A DNA stretch of 64,000 bases from IMG/VR virus record IMGVR_UViG_3300012971_000890. One strand, 5' to 3'. Below the pieces are notes generated by a model. It saw only the letters and a program-made list of their open reading frames with translations, ran no database searches and had not been told where the DNA came from. Positions 1-9,527 of this stretch are shown here, piece by piece (position 1 is the stretch's first letter; each line of letters starts with the position of its first letter). Made by a program: the position numbers and the translations under genes. This DNA comes from a virus.

Positions 1-133
1 GACCAAGAGAATGGCGGATACCAGCCGGGCCACCCGGTCAATGTGGCCGTGAAAAGGAACAATGATGTCCACCGAATGCCGAGCGAACGGAGCGTAGCCG
101 GTTCGACTTATCGGCCTCGACTGCATTTGTGCG

Positions 134-757
134 TTAAGCGCCACCAAATACCTCCGTGACCTTGGCGGCTAATTGGTAAGGATCATCCAGGTGGTGATGA
201 TGGTGGAACAGGCCCCGCAGGGCCGGGTTGTAGCCCTCGCCAATGCCAATAAAATGCAAGTCGCAGCGATAGTCACGCAGTTTGTTGGAGTTGAGACTTG
301 CAAGAAGGTTCAACTGATTCCTGGCGGTGTTTCGGTCTGTGATATAGACGAACCGCTTTCTGAAGTCGTGTGGCTCGCCACCGACCAGGGCCAAAGTAGT
401 AATCACCGCCTGGGCATCAGGGAATAACGGCGGTGGACTGTACCCCATCAGCCGGGACACCGCGATACCCTGATGGGCCGGCAGGTCATGGCTATCGGGG
501 TGGTAAACGTACACCCGGTCGTCCGTTTCTTCCAACTTCACAATCACCTGGACCAGTTGTTCCTTGATAATATCCAGGTAGCGCTTGCTATCCGGGTGGT
601 GGCGCAGCGAGATGTCCAAGACCAGTCCCGCCACCAGGGGACGGTAACTTTGAAAATCCGGGGGAATGTCCCTACTGCCGCCCACGTCGATGGAATCCTC
701 TAGGAACCCCGCCGGCAGCTTCAATGGTACGAAAGGTTGTTGCATATGACTCCTCAT
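134..757 (-). CDS. hypothetical protein with native His5 run near C-terminus
   Basis: 207-aa ORF; diverse composition; diverges from the 783 gene across a short intergenic region. Confidence 0.45.
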   Translation of the reverse strand: MRSHMQQPFVPLKLPAGFLEDSIDVGGSRDIPPDFQSYRPLVAGLVLDISLRHHPDSKRYLDIIKEQLVQVIVKLEETDDRVYVYHPDSHDLPAHQGIAVSRLMGYSPPPLFPDAQAVITTLALVGGEPHDFRKRFVYITDRNTARNQLNLLASLNSNKLRDYRCDLHFIGIGEGYNPALRGLFHHHHHLDDPYQLAAKVTEVFGGA

Positions 758-760
758 GGC

Positions 761-770
761 CTATATAAAA
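761..770 (+). promoter_or_regulatory. CTATATAAA promoter-like motif (recurring plus-strand motif)
   Basis: ctatataaaa about 12 nt upstream of the 783 start; same core repeated upstream of other plus-strand genes. Confidence 0.4.
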
Positions 771-782
771 AGAGAGTAAACC

Positions 783-1646
783 ATGTCAGACTACAAGCAG
801 CTAGATGAATATATTGAAAACCTGGAAAAGCTCCTCGTTTTTCTGCGCGACTATCGAAAGCGTCAATTCGAGGACAGCCAGACAGGCGACTACCTGCGCG
901 AATTTCATCATCTGAAAGAACTCCTCCGTAGTAGCGCGTGGCCACCCGCAATCCTTCCCGAATTCATGTGCCGCCCCGACTCCGAAACGGACAAGCACGA
1001 GCGGGCCATGACCATCCTGGCAGGTCTGGTGCCCCTCGCGCAACTGAGTTTCCTCGACTACGGGTGCGGGGAAGGGCACGTCGCCTGGGAAGCCTCGCAC
1101 GCTGCCAAAAAGGTCGTAGGATTTGACATCGAAGAGCAATCCTGGGGCCACTTGGTCAAAGATAATCTGTACTTCACCACTAATTTCAACGATGTGAGGC
1201 AGCACGGCCCCTACGACATAATCCTGTTATATGACGTGCTGGACCACTGCGATGACCCTGTGGCGACTCTGAAGCAAGTCAAGGAAGTGCGTCGAGGAAA
1301 CGGTCCCATTTATGCCCACTGCCATCCCTGGGCCAGCCGCCACGCCACACATTTATATCACACCGTCAACAAGGCGTTTCTGCACCTTGTATTCAGCGAC
1401 AAGGAACTCCTCAAACTAGGGTTCAAAGGAATCAAGACCGCCAAACTGCTCAACAGCATGGAAACCTACCGCAAGTGGTTCAAGGACGCTGGCCTCCAGG
1501 TCAAAATGGAAGTCCCCCACCGAAAGACCATCGAAGACTTTTTCTTTCACGATCCCCTCATCAGCCGGCGACTCAAAGCCCACTGGCCGGGCAACCTGCC
1601 CCACAACGAAGTGAACCTGGAGTCGGTGGATTATATCGTCGCCTAA
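783..1646 (+). CDS. class I SAM-dependent methyltransferase
   Basis: Motif I LDYGCGEGH, VVGFDIEE, DIILLYDVLDH; 287 aa. Confidence 0.7.
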   Translation: MSDYKQLDEYIENLEKLLVFLRDYRKRQFEDSQTGDYLREFHHLKELLRSSAWPPAILPEFMCRPDSETDKHERAMTILAGLVPLAQLSFLDYGCGEGHVAWEASHAAKKVVGFDIEEQSWGHLVKDNLYFTTNFNDVRQHGPYDIILLYDVLDHCDDPVATLKQVKEVRRGNGPIYAHCHPWASRHATHLYHTVNKAFLHLVFSDKELLKLGFKGIKTAKLLNSMETYRKWFKDAGLQVKMEVPHRKTIEDFFFHDPLISRRLKAHWPGNLPHNEVNLESVDYIVA

Positions 1647-2300
1647 CTATTTGAAGTCCCCCAGCCCAAGTTTGTGCTTAATCTTGGGCATCGCACGCCA
1701 CAAATCGTAATCGTCGTACTCATCGACCGTGGGCACCCAATCCACCACGTCAACGAAATGGTCATCCGCGTAGGCGGCAATCCTGCGAGCTTCTTCCTTC
1801 GGGGACAGGTTGGGGAACATCAACCCCAGAATGCGCAGCTTGTTGGTTATCTCAATGCTATGGGTGGTCAGGTTGTCCACCAGTACCCAGGGGCAACAAT
1901 CCAGGTTTAGTTCCTTGGCGACCTGGCCCGGCTCTGTCTGGCCCGTGCTGAAGACACCCTGGATGTACGGCTCCCAATTCAAGCCCCGAATAACCTTTAG
2001 GGCGTAATCCTTGTCGCTGTGCGTGAGAATATACAGGTCAGCGAAGTCGGTTACGGCCTTGACGAACTTGGAGGAGCCGGGCCGAGGGAAGATGTACATA
2101 TCCTTGCCCTCCGCGTGGATTTGAAAAACGTCGGGGTAAGGGCTTTCACCCGGCACCACCAACTTGGCATACTGGCTGTTACCCGGCGAGTCCTTCAGCC
2201 AGCCGATCTCCATATTATGGACCAGAGTTTCGTCCATATCGCAGAAGACAAACCGCTTCGTACTTTCCAGTACCTCAAGCCACAACTTAAAGTCGCTCAT
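1647..2300 (-). CDS. FCP1/NIF-like HAD-family phosphatase
   Basis: FVFCDMDETLVHN (DxDxT) plus RPG...ILTHSDKDYA and VLVDN blocks typical of the NIF/CTD-phosphatase fold; start taken at the internal MSDFK. Confidence 0.6.
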   Translation of the reverse strand: MSDFKLWLEVLESTKRFVFCDMDETLVHNMEIGWLKDSPGNSQYAKLVVPGESPYPDVFQIHAEGKDMYIFPRPGSSKFVKAVTDFADLYILTHSDKDYALKVIRGLNWEPYIQGVFSTGQTEPGQVAKELNLDCCPWVLVDNLTTHSIEITNKLRILGLMFPNLSPKEEARRIAAYADDHFVDVVDWVPTVDEYDDYDLWRAMPKIKHKLGLGDFK

Positions 2301-2308
2301 TGATATAT

Positions 2309-2884
2309 TTAGGCCGTATCGTTCAATCCTTCGTGGGCAAATGCCACCCACTCCTCTACCGAACCAAGGTGGGCCTGAAGCATCTTCAGATACTTCACCG
2401 CCTGGTTGAACTGGCGCTTGCCCACCGAGATCGCCGCCAGCACCGCCCACTGCTGCGCCCGGTTATAAGTCGGCAACTTCTCGAACTCGGCGGCGTAGGC
2501 ATCCAACGCCGCGTAAACCTTCTGCCGCAACTGGTCCACCGGCACCTTGGTGTACTTGGCGTTATTCTGCAAATTGACCTCGAACTCACGGCGGAAGGAA
2601 TCTGTAGCATCGCCCAGGTCAAGGAGGTAACCCTTAGTGAGCCACTGGAGGGTCTTCTGAACCTTTTCCTTGACGTAGGGGTAACCGGCGTAGTTGAAGG
2701 TGGGCCGCTCGCTCATGCGATGGACGAGATCACCGACGTGTTCCACAACCGGGTTGAGGATGCCGCCGCCCAATGCAAACTGGACGCGCAACATGGCATG
2801 TTCCGGGCGGTCACGTTGCATGTCCGCCAGGTCAAAGAAATCCTCTTTGGTGGCTTCGTTTAGCATATCATAAATATGGGGCAC
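2309..2884 (-). CDS. hypothetical protein
   Basis: 191-aa ORF; diverges from tmk. Confidence 0.45.
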   Translation of the reverse strand: MPHIYDMLNEATKEDFFDLADMQRDRPEHAMLRVQFALGGGILNPVVEHVGDLVHRMSERPTFNYAGYPYVKEKVQKTLQWLTKGYLLDLGDATDSFRREFEVNLQNNAKYTKVPVDQLRQKVYAALDAYAAEFEKLPTYNRAQQWAVLAAISVGKRQFNQAVKYLKMLQAHLGSVEEWVAFAHEGLNDTA

Positions 2885-3664
2885 ACCCTAAATAACAACA
2901 TGGCAGACGGATTTTCAGAGTTCTTCCAAGAACACTGGCTGGTGGAGCATGAAGACGTAAAGCTCCAGGTGCGGGACATCCTCAAGCAGACCAAGCCGAA
3001 GACGAAACGGGGCCTGCTCATTGTGTTTGAAGGCATCGACGGAGCCGGCAAATCCACCCAGGTCGATCTCCTCAAAAAGTGGCTGGAGAAGGAGCAGAAT
3101 TATGCCGTGACCTATACCAAGTGGAATTCGGCCAAACCCATCAAGCCCATCACCAGCAAGCTCAAGGATAAGCGGGAACTCAGTCCCGTTCTGTACAGCC
3201 TGATGCACGCCGCCGACATGGTTCACCGCTACGAAAATACTATCCTTCCAGCACTGTCGGCCAACAAGATCATAATTTGTGACCGCTACCTCTACACCAG
3301 CATCGTCCGCGACAAGGCCCGTGGCGTGGACGTGGAGTGGCTGAACAAGGTCTACAAGGACATGCGCGAGCCGGACATTCTTTTCCACTGCGCCGTGCCC
3401 ATCCACGTCGCTTTCGGGCGGCTCGTCAAGGAGAAGGGCCTGACCTACTACGGCACCGGCAGCGATCTGAACTTGGCAGACAGCCGCGAGGAGAACTACA
3501 TCAAGTACGAAAACATCCTCGACAAACTCTATCGCAAAGTTCTGCCAGAAGTGAAGTCCTACCATAAGCTGGATATGCGCAAAAGCATCCCGGAAATTCA
3601 AGACGACATCCAAGACATTGTGAAGAAAAAGACCGGAATCGGCAAGTACGCGAAGGAGGAATAG
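2876..3664 (+). CDS. tmk: thymidylate kinase
   Basis: P-loop IVFEGIDGAGKST; DRY-like CDRYLYTS; 262 aa. Confidence 0.85.
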   Translation: MGHTLNNNMADGFSEFFQEHWLVEHEDVKLQVRDILKQTKPKTKRGLLIVFEGIDGAGKSTQVDLLKKWLEKEQNYAVTYTKWNSAKPIKPITSKLKDKRELSPVLYSLMHAADMVHRYENTILPALSANKIIICDRYLYTSIVRDKARGVDVEWLNKVYKDMREPDILFHCAVPIHVAFGRLVKEKGLTYYGTGSDLNLADSREENYIKYENILDKLYRKVLPEVKSYHKLDMRKSIPEIQDDIQDIVKKKTGIGKYAKEE

Positions 3665-3885
3665 TGCAGGACTTCTATCAGTACATGGCCGGACAACATC
3701 GAGGGATGCTGCAATGGATTGGCAGGGAACTGAACGACCTCCTAACCTCCTCGGACACCCGTTACCAGTTCAATATGGACACAATAGATCGACTCAACCG
3801 CATCGTAAATACAATCCGCTCAGCCCTGAGCAGTGGCGGCGGTGGCGAACCCCCACCCAAAGGCGGGCACGCGGGCATGACCTGA
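3664..3885 (+). CDS. small hypothetical protein (GTG start)
   Basis: 73-aa ORF directly after the tmk stop; weak support. Confidence 0.2.
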   Translation: MQDFYQYMAGQHRGMLQWIGRELNDLLTSSDTRYQFNMDTIDRLNRIVNTIRSALSSGGGGEPPPKGGHAGMT

Positions 3886-3912
3886 GCGGGCGGCGAGTGC
3901 TGACCCGTGCGG

Positions 3913-4437
3913 TCAGGACAAACGACTGGCAACTTGATCCTTGTCGGACAAAATATAATCACCATCCCTAGTCTTCGGCCACTCAATGTTCAACGTCGGG
4001 TCGGCGTAATACACGCTCTCCTCCAGGCTGGGTTCGTAGCACCCACCCTGGGCATAAATTAGGATGGTGTTGTCGGTGGCCGCAAAGAACCCGTGGCCGC
4101 AGTGGGGCGGGACGAATAACTGTCGTGGGGCTTCTGGGTTCAGCCAGACCCCGAACCACTTCTTGTAGGTAGGTGAGGTCTTGCGCAAGTCAACCACCAC
4201 GTCCCATAGCTCACCGGAAACGCAGGTGCAGACCTTGAAGAAGGGAACCTTGTGAATCCCGCGAATGACGTTCCGGTGCGAGTAGGACCAGTTGACCTGG
4301 GTGGCGGGCACGAAGATGGGGGTGACCTCGCCAGAGCGGTTGAAGTTGTAGATTTCTTGGAAAAAGCCCCGGTGATCGTCGTAGCGATCCGGCTCGACAA
4401 GGTAGGCGTCCTTCACGGGCGTTTCGATGAGTTTCAT
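3913..4437 (-). CDS. rmlC: dTDP-4-dehydrorhamnose 3,5-epimerase-like cupin (RmlC family)
   Basis: DDHRGFFQE, IRGIH, GELWDVVVDLRKTSPTY, PPHCGHGF, YADPTLNIEWP all match RmlC blocks. Confidence 0.8.
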   Translation of the reverse strand: MKLIETPVKDAYLVEPDRYDDHRGFFQEIYNFNRSGEVTPIFVPATQVNWSYSHRNVIRGIHKVPFFKVCTCVSGELWDVVVDLRKTSPTYKKWFGVWLNPEAPRQLFVPPHCGHGFFAATDNTILIYAQGGCYEPSLEESVYYADPTLNIEWPKTRDGDYILSDKDQVASRLS

Positions 4438-4447
4438 TAGACTCCTG

Positions 4448-4458
4448 CATATATAAGG
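4448..4458 (+). promoter_or_regulatory. CATATATAAGG promoter-like motif
   Basis: TATATAA core about 35 nt upstream of the 4491 ATG; AGGAGG RBS follows. Confidence 0.35.
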
Positions 4459-4490
4459 CAGCCATCCCTAATAGAGTAGGAGGTTCAATT

Positions 4491-4685
4491 ATGGCATGGA
4501 TTATTGTTATAGGAATTCTCGTCGTTGGCATCATTCTGTTCGCCATTTTCACATTGCCGAAGCCAGAACCATGCTGCGACTGCAAGGAAAAATGCGGGGA
4601 AGACTGCCCGTGCGCCGGCGAGTGTGGGACTCAGTGCGTCCTTTGCTTCCCACCGCAGCCACCAGCTTACCCACCGATTCGTTAA
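4491..4685 (+). CDS. small membrane-anchored cysteine-rich protein
   Basis: N-terminal TM helix then CCDCKEKCGEDCPCAGECGTQCVLC; strong RBS. Confidence 0.45.
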   Translation: MAWIIVIGILVVGIILFAIFTLPKPEPCCDCKEKCGEDCPCAGECGTQCVLCFPPQPPAYPPIR

Positions 4686-4698
4686 GCAGGAGGGTTAA

Positions 4699-5277
4699 TT
4701 GATTACGAGTTGGACCGTCAAGCCGGCGTTTCAAGAGCAAAGCACGACCTATTACCAGGCCACGGCGATGGGCGACCCGCACATCGCCGGCTTTGACGGG
4801 GAGGTTTTCGACTTCCACGGAAAGGCCGGCTGCTGCTATTGCTTTTACGCCGACGACGATCTCATAGTCAATGCCAAACTGGCGAAAGCACCGCCCCCAC
4901 ACCTGCCCGACGCAACGATTATTGCCGAAGTCTTCGTCATGCACGGCGACGACACCGCCCATTATAACATGAACGGTAACGGGCACCCCGCGAGCGTGCG
5001 GGTGTTTGGCCCGAACAGAGTGATGGTCGTGCGGGCATGGTCCAAAGACAACCGCCAGGTCACCCACGGCATCCGGCGGGCCGGGGCGTGGGTGGCTCAG
5101 CAGCGACCCAGGGTTTTTGAAAACCTCGACCTGAGCCTGGAGGTCCAGCCCGCCGGGGAACCCACCGGAGTAATCGGCCAAACACTGCTCCCCCCAGAAA
5201 GGCGTCGTCGCAACGAAGACTTCGAGGTTTCCGATCTGTCTGCCCTGATTGAGAGGAACCCCGATGAGCGTTTATAA
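4699..5277 (+). CDS. hypothetical protein (TTG start)
   Basis: 192-aa ORF; AGGAGGG RBS 5 nt upstream. Confidence 0.45.
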   Translation: MITSWTVKPAFQEQSTTYYQATAMGDPHIAGFDGEVFDFHGKAGCCYCFYADDDLIVNAKLAKAPPPHLPDATIIAEVFVMHGDDTAHYNMNGNGHPASVRVFGPNRVMVVRAWSKDNRQVTHGIRRAGAWVAQQRPRVFENLDLSLEVQPAGEPTGVIGQTLLPPERRRRNEDFEVSDLSALIERNPDERL

Positions 5278-5923
5278 ACCCGGCGATGCCGTCCACGGCG
5301 AGTTCGTCACCAACAGTTTGGCCACCGGGGCAGCTACCGATGCCGACTTTGCCCCGGTCGGCACGCTCACGCGAAATGGCACAGACGATGGCGCGGTCAC
5401 CGTGCAGGTGCTACACCAGGACACAGGACGATACCATTTCTTCTTCACCATTCCCGCGACTTACGCCGCAGGCGACTCGGTGGTAATCACCATCAATGCC
5501 ACGCTCAACGCAATTCTCGCCAAGGCGGTCGTCTGGTCCGAACAACTGCGGGCGCACAACACCGATGACCTCTACGCCCTCCTGGCGGCTATGAACCCGC
5601 CTCCGAACTGGTCCGCCCTCAATATCGACCTGTCCGGGCGCATGGCCATTCAAAGCCGCATTACCAAGAACACGGCGCTCAGCAATTTCTTGTTCTTAAT
5701 GAACGACGGAACGGGCAATGCTCTACCGGGCCTCAATGTAACTGCCACCCGCACCATCGACGGCTCGGCGCTCGCTGCGTGTGCCAATACGGTCACCGAG
5801 GTCGGCAGTGGCTACTACAAGATCAACCTAGCGGCCAGCGACCTAAACGGCAACTGCATCGGGTTGAAGTTCAGCGCCGCCGGGGCCAAGGACAGCGATA
5901 TTACGATAGTGACAGTGCCGTAA
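5264..5923 (+). CDS. hypothetical virion-associated protein (distantly related to 12829-13290)
   Basis: GAGG RBS; Thr/Ala/Gly-rich beta-type composition; shares a TVxVxHxDTGxY..FTIxAT-like pattern with the 12829 gene. Confidence 0.45.
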   Translation: MSVYKPGDAVHGEFVTNSLATGAATDADFAPVGTLTRNGTDDGAVTVQVLHQDTGRYHFFFTIPATYAAGDSVVITINATLNAILAKAVVWSEQLRAHNTDDLYALLAAMNPPPNWSALNIDLSGRMAIQSRITKNTALSNFLFLMNDGTGNALPGLNVTATRTIDGSALAACANTVTEVGSGYYKINLAASDLNGNCIGLKFSAAGAKDSDITIVTVP

Positions 5924-5932
5924 GGGAGGAAC

Positions 5933-6982
5933 ATGAGTTTACGAATGATCGACGGGTTCGACCACTATAACTGGTCGCAGATGATGCGAAAGTGGAGTAC
6001 CTATGTCACGGGCTACATCGGCAACCCCGTGATCGGCCCTGGCAACGGTCGCTTCGGGGGCGGGGCGATGTACAATGGCGCGGCGGGTGGCCAGTACGCG
6101 CAACAATCGGTCTTTAAGACGTTAGACCCCCAATCCACCTGGATTTTAGGCGTGGCCTTTAAGTGGACCGGCGGCAACGTCTCCGCGTCCACAGTCCTCC
6201 TGGGCGTGTACGATGTTAACAGCAAGCAGGTCGATGCCCGCCTAAACTCCGACAATACGATGTCAGTCACCAGAGCAGGAACGGTCTTGGGGACAACCAG
6301 CTTCGTCATGAGTTCGGGCGCGTGGTACTATATCGAACTGAAAACGACCATCCACCCCACCGCCGGCAGCTTCGACCTGCATATCAACGGCGTATCACGC
6401 ACATCTGCCACCAACGTCAACACTCGCAACACGGCCAACAATACAGCGAACCAAGTCAGCATCGGCTTCCCGGACCAGACCAACACCGGCAGCATCACGA
6501 CGCTTGCCTTCGATGATTTTTATGCCTGCGACGGCAACGGCACCGTCAACAACAACTTCCTGGGCGATGTGAGAGTCGAGACACTTTATCCCAACGCGGT
6601 CGGCGCTACCACGCAGTTCACACCTACCAGTGGCACCAACTTCGGGTGCGTCAATGAAAATCCCATGAATGACGACGCGAGCTACGTTTACGGCAACACG
6701 GTGGGGAATATTGACACTTATAAGATCAGCGCGCTGTCCAGCATACCGCAAACCATCATGGGCACGCAGATTAACTCCACCGCCAGGAAGGACTCGTCGG
6801 GAAACCGGGCGATGGAGTTGGTAGTCCGATCTGGGGCTGCCAACTACCTCGGTTCTGACAACTACACAAATGCAACCTACGCGACGTACAACCGCATTGA
6901 CGAGACGGACCCGGCCACCAGCGCCCCTTGGACATCCCCTGGTATTGCCGCCGTCGAGATCGGACACAAACTAAGCATCTGA
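5933..6982 (+). CDS. structural paralog 1 of a 4-member tandem family (tail/fibre-associated candidate)
   Basis: MSLRMIDGFDHY N-terminus; conserved TRNTAN, NNFLGD, ARKD, RIDETDP..APWT blocks shared with the 6992, 8478 and 9528 genes. Confidence 0.65.
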   Translation: MSLRMIDGFDHYNWSQMMRKWSTYVTGYIGNPVIGPGNGRFGGGAMYNGAAGGQYAQQSVFKTLDPQSTWILGVAFKWTGGNVSASTVLLGVYDVNSKQVDARLNSDNTMSVTRAGTVLGTTSFVMSSGAWYYIELKTTIHPTAGSFDLHINGVSRTSATNVNTRNTANNTANQVSIGFPDQTNTGSITTLAFDDFYACDGNGTVNNNFLGDVRVETLYPNAVGATTQFTPTSGTNFGCVNENPMNDDASYVYGNTVGNIDTYKISALSSIPQTIMGTQINSTARKDSSGNRAMELVVRSGAANYLGSDNYTNATYATYNRIDETDPATSAPWTSPGIAAVEIGHKLSI

Positions 6983-6991
6983 GAGGAAAAC

Positions 6992-8005
6992 ATGCTGCGA
7001 TTTATGGATGGTTTCGATCACGTCGCTCTGGCAAACGTTGCCCAAAAATGGACCAATGCCAACTTGACACAGGTGTTCCTGCAAACCCCAGGACGGTTTG
7101 GCGGCTCGTACCTCCACTTCCACCAGGGCAACTCGTATGTGGGGAAGACCCTCGACAACCAAGCATCATGGGTGGTGGGCTTTGCTCTGCGCGTCGGAGT
7201 CGGTTATTCCGTTATCACCCCCTTATTCCAACTATTGGACGCCGGCACCATCCAGGTTGAGTTGTGGATTAAGAATGATAACACCCTGTTTGTTGCCCGC
7301 AACGGCACGGCGGTCACTGGCAGCAACTTTGCGTTTACCCCCGGCATCTGGCATTACGTCGAATACAAAGTCACCATCAGCGCCAGCATCCCTGCGAACT
7401 CATGGAAGGTCCGGGTGGATGGGCAGGACGTAATAAACGTACCAGCCGGCCAATCGTCCAAGAACACGGCGAACAGCACTGCCAATCAGATTAAATTTGG
7501 TCCCATAAACCAGAACGACGACCCCGATTACGACGACATATACATCTGCGACAGTCAAGGCACTACCAACAACGATTTCCTGGGCGATACAAAAGTCGTA
7601 ACGATGTTTCCCACATCGGCGGGCACCACAACCCAATGGACCCCACTTTCGGGTGCCAATTATACCAATGTAAACCAGACCCAACCCGACGACGATGCTT
7701 CTTACGTCTATACCTCCACGCCTGGGCAGACCGACACCTACCTTTGTGGGGACATTACCGATAACCCGGTCAACATCTTCGGAGTACAGACCAACCTTTA
7801 TGCCCGCAAAGACGACGCCGGAGTGAGAACCGTATCCAAGGTAATACGTTCGGGCGGGACAAATTACCCAGGGGCGGCGGTGGACAACTTGGCAGCCAAT
7901 TACGTCTTTTACACCGAAATAGATGAAAAAGACCCAGGCACCGGAGCCGCGTGGACAAAGGCTGGTTTCAATGCCGCAGAGTTCGGAGCAACCATCATCG
8001 CGTAA
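6992..8005 (+). CDS. structural paralog 2
   Basis: MLRFMDGFDHV; same conserved blocks (NDFLGD, YARKDD, EIDEKDPGTGAAWT). Confidence 0.65.
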   Translation: MLRFMDGFDHVALANVAQKWTNANLTQVFLQTPGRFGGSYLHFHQGNSYVGKTLDNQASWVVGFALRVGVGYSVITPLFQLLDAGTIQVELWIKNDNTLFVARNGTAVTGSNFAFTPGIWHYVEYKVTISASIPANSWKVRVDGQDVINVPAGQSSKNTANSTANQIKFGPINQNDDPDYDDIYICDSQGTTNNDFLGDTKVVTMFPTSAGTTTQWTPLSGANYTNVNQTQPDDDASYVYTSTPGQTDTYLCGDITDNPVNIFGVQTNLYARKDDAGVRTVSKVIRSGGTNYPGAAVDNLAANYVFYTEIDEKDPGTGAAWTKAGFNAAEFGATIIA

Positions 8006-8014
8006 AGGAGGGTA

Positions 8015-8449
8015 ATGGCTGTATTCACCAAGTTCTATCAATTCGTCCAAGACGTTGCCAATAAGGTCCACAACCTGGGCACCGATAACTTGAAAATGAT
8101 GTTGACCAACACCGCCCCGGTGTTAACTAATAAAGTCAATGGGGATTTGACCGAGATCACGGCGCAGGGTGGTTACACCGCCGGGGGCGCAACGGTAACC
8201 ATCTCCTCCAGTATCCAAAGCACCGGCATTTATCGACTCATTCCGTCCGCCGACGTTGTATGGAACGGGACGGGGAGCGGTTTCGGACCCTTCCGGTACA
8301 TCGTCCTATACAACAGCGTTGCCGGACCTGATGCCACCCACCGCCCGCTCGTCGCCGTATGGGACTTCGGCAGCAACGTCACCATCAATAGCGGCGATAC
8401 CTTCACTGTCAGCCTCGATAAAGTAAACGGCATCATTACGCTGCAATAA
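8015..8449 (+). CDS. hypothetical structural protein
   Basis: 144-aa ORF embedded in the paralog array; RBS GGAGGG. Confidence 0.5.
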   Translation: MAVFTKFYQFVQDVANKVHNLGTDNLKMMLTNTAPVLTNKVNGDLTEITAQGGYTAGGATVTISSSIQSTGIYRLIPSADVVWNGTGSGFGPFRYIVLYNSVAGPDATHRPLVAVWDFGSNVTINSGDTFTVSLDKVNGIITLQ

Positions 8450-8450
8450 A

Positions 8451-8462
8451 GCTATATAACAG
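8451..8462 (+). promoter_or_regulatory. GCTATATAACAG promoter-like motif
   Basis: Identical 12-mer recurs at about 15493; sits 16 nt upstream of the GTG start at 8478. Confidence 0.45.
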
Positions 8463-8477
8463 CGAAGGAGGTACATC

Positions 8478-9518
8478 GTGGCGCTCAGATTCGTTGACGG
8501 ATTCGATCATTACACAACGCCGACTCAAGCACTCAGAAAGTGGACGGCCAATTACACTAGCTACCCTGGAACCTTTGGCGGCACAAGCACTGGTCGTTTT
8601 AGTGGCGGTTCCTACCATATAAATAACTGCTATTCCGGCAACCCCCTTATAAAGACCCTCGACGCCCAGCCAACCTGGATACTAGGCACGGCCCACAAAT
8701 TCAACATGATAACCACGGGCGTTCAAGTATTCGCCGTGCTGGACGGGAACACGTTACAAATGGATGTTCGGCAGAATGCCGATGGCACGATGAGCGTCAC
8801 TCGTAACGGCACGGTCCTGGGCACAACCCCGTCTGCCGTGGGCCTCGCCAACCAGTGGAATTACTACGAGTTCAAGACCACCATTCACCCCACGGCGGGC
8901 GCTTATGAACTACGAGTCAACGGTCAAAGCCTGCTTTCTGCCACCAACGTCAATACCAGGAACACGGCCAACAGTTCCGCCAACCAGATACAGTGCGCCA
9001 GTTGGGCCACCAGTTACAACGGCGGTAGCGGCGTCTACGATTTCGATGACTTCTATGCCTGCGATGGAACGGGAACAAATAACAACGATTTTCTGGGGGA
9101 AATGAGAATTGAAACCCTGTATCCGAACTCACCGGGGACCAACACAAACTTCACCCCAAACCCCGCCGGGGCTAATTACGCCAACGTCAAGGAAACCCCT
9201 CCCGACGATGACGCCTCGGTGGTCATGGGCGGCACCTTCGGTTTGATGGATACCTACCTCATGAGCCATTTGAGTGGCACACCCACCAGCATCAAAGGCA
9301 CGATGCTCACCATCATGGCTCGAAAGGACAACGCGGGCACCAGAGCGGTGTCCCCTGTGATTCGCTCAGGAGGCAATAACAACACCGGGGCCACCATGTA
9401 CCTGGGGGCGTCCTATGTGTGCTATATGCGAATTGACGAAACGGACCCAGGGACCGGGGCAGCGTGGACGGCGGCAGGGGTAAACGCGGTAGAGTGCGGG
9501 CAAAGTGTAACCATATGA
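8478..9518 (+). CDS. structural paralog 3 (GTG start)
   Basis: MALRFVDGFDHY; blocks TRNTAN, NNDFLGE, ARKDNAGTR, RIDETDPGTGAAWT. Confidence 0.65.
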   Translation: MALRFVDGFDHYTTPTQALRKWTANYTSYPGTFGGTSTGRFSGGSYHINNCYSGNPLIKTLDAQPTWILGTAHKFNMITTGVQVFAVLDGNTLQMDVRQNADGTMSVTRNGTVLGTTPSAVGLANQWNYYEFKTTIHPTAGAYELRVNGQSLLSATNVNTRNTANSSANQIQCASWATSYNGGSGVYDFDDFYACDGTGTNNNDFLGEMRIETLYPNSPGTNTNFTPNPAGANYANVKETPPDDDASVVMGGTFGLMDTYLMSHLSGTPTSIKGTMLTIMARKDNAGTRAVSPVIRSGGNNNTGATMYLGASYVCYMRIDETDPGTGAAWTAAGVNAVECGQSVTI

Positions 9519-9527
9519 AGGAGGAAC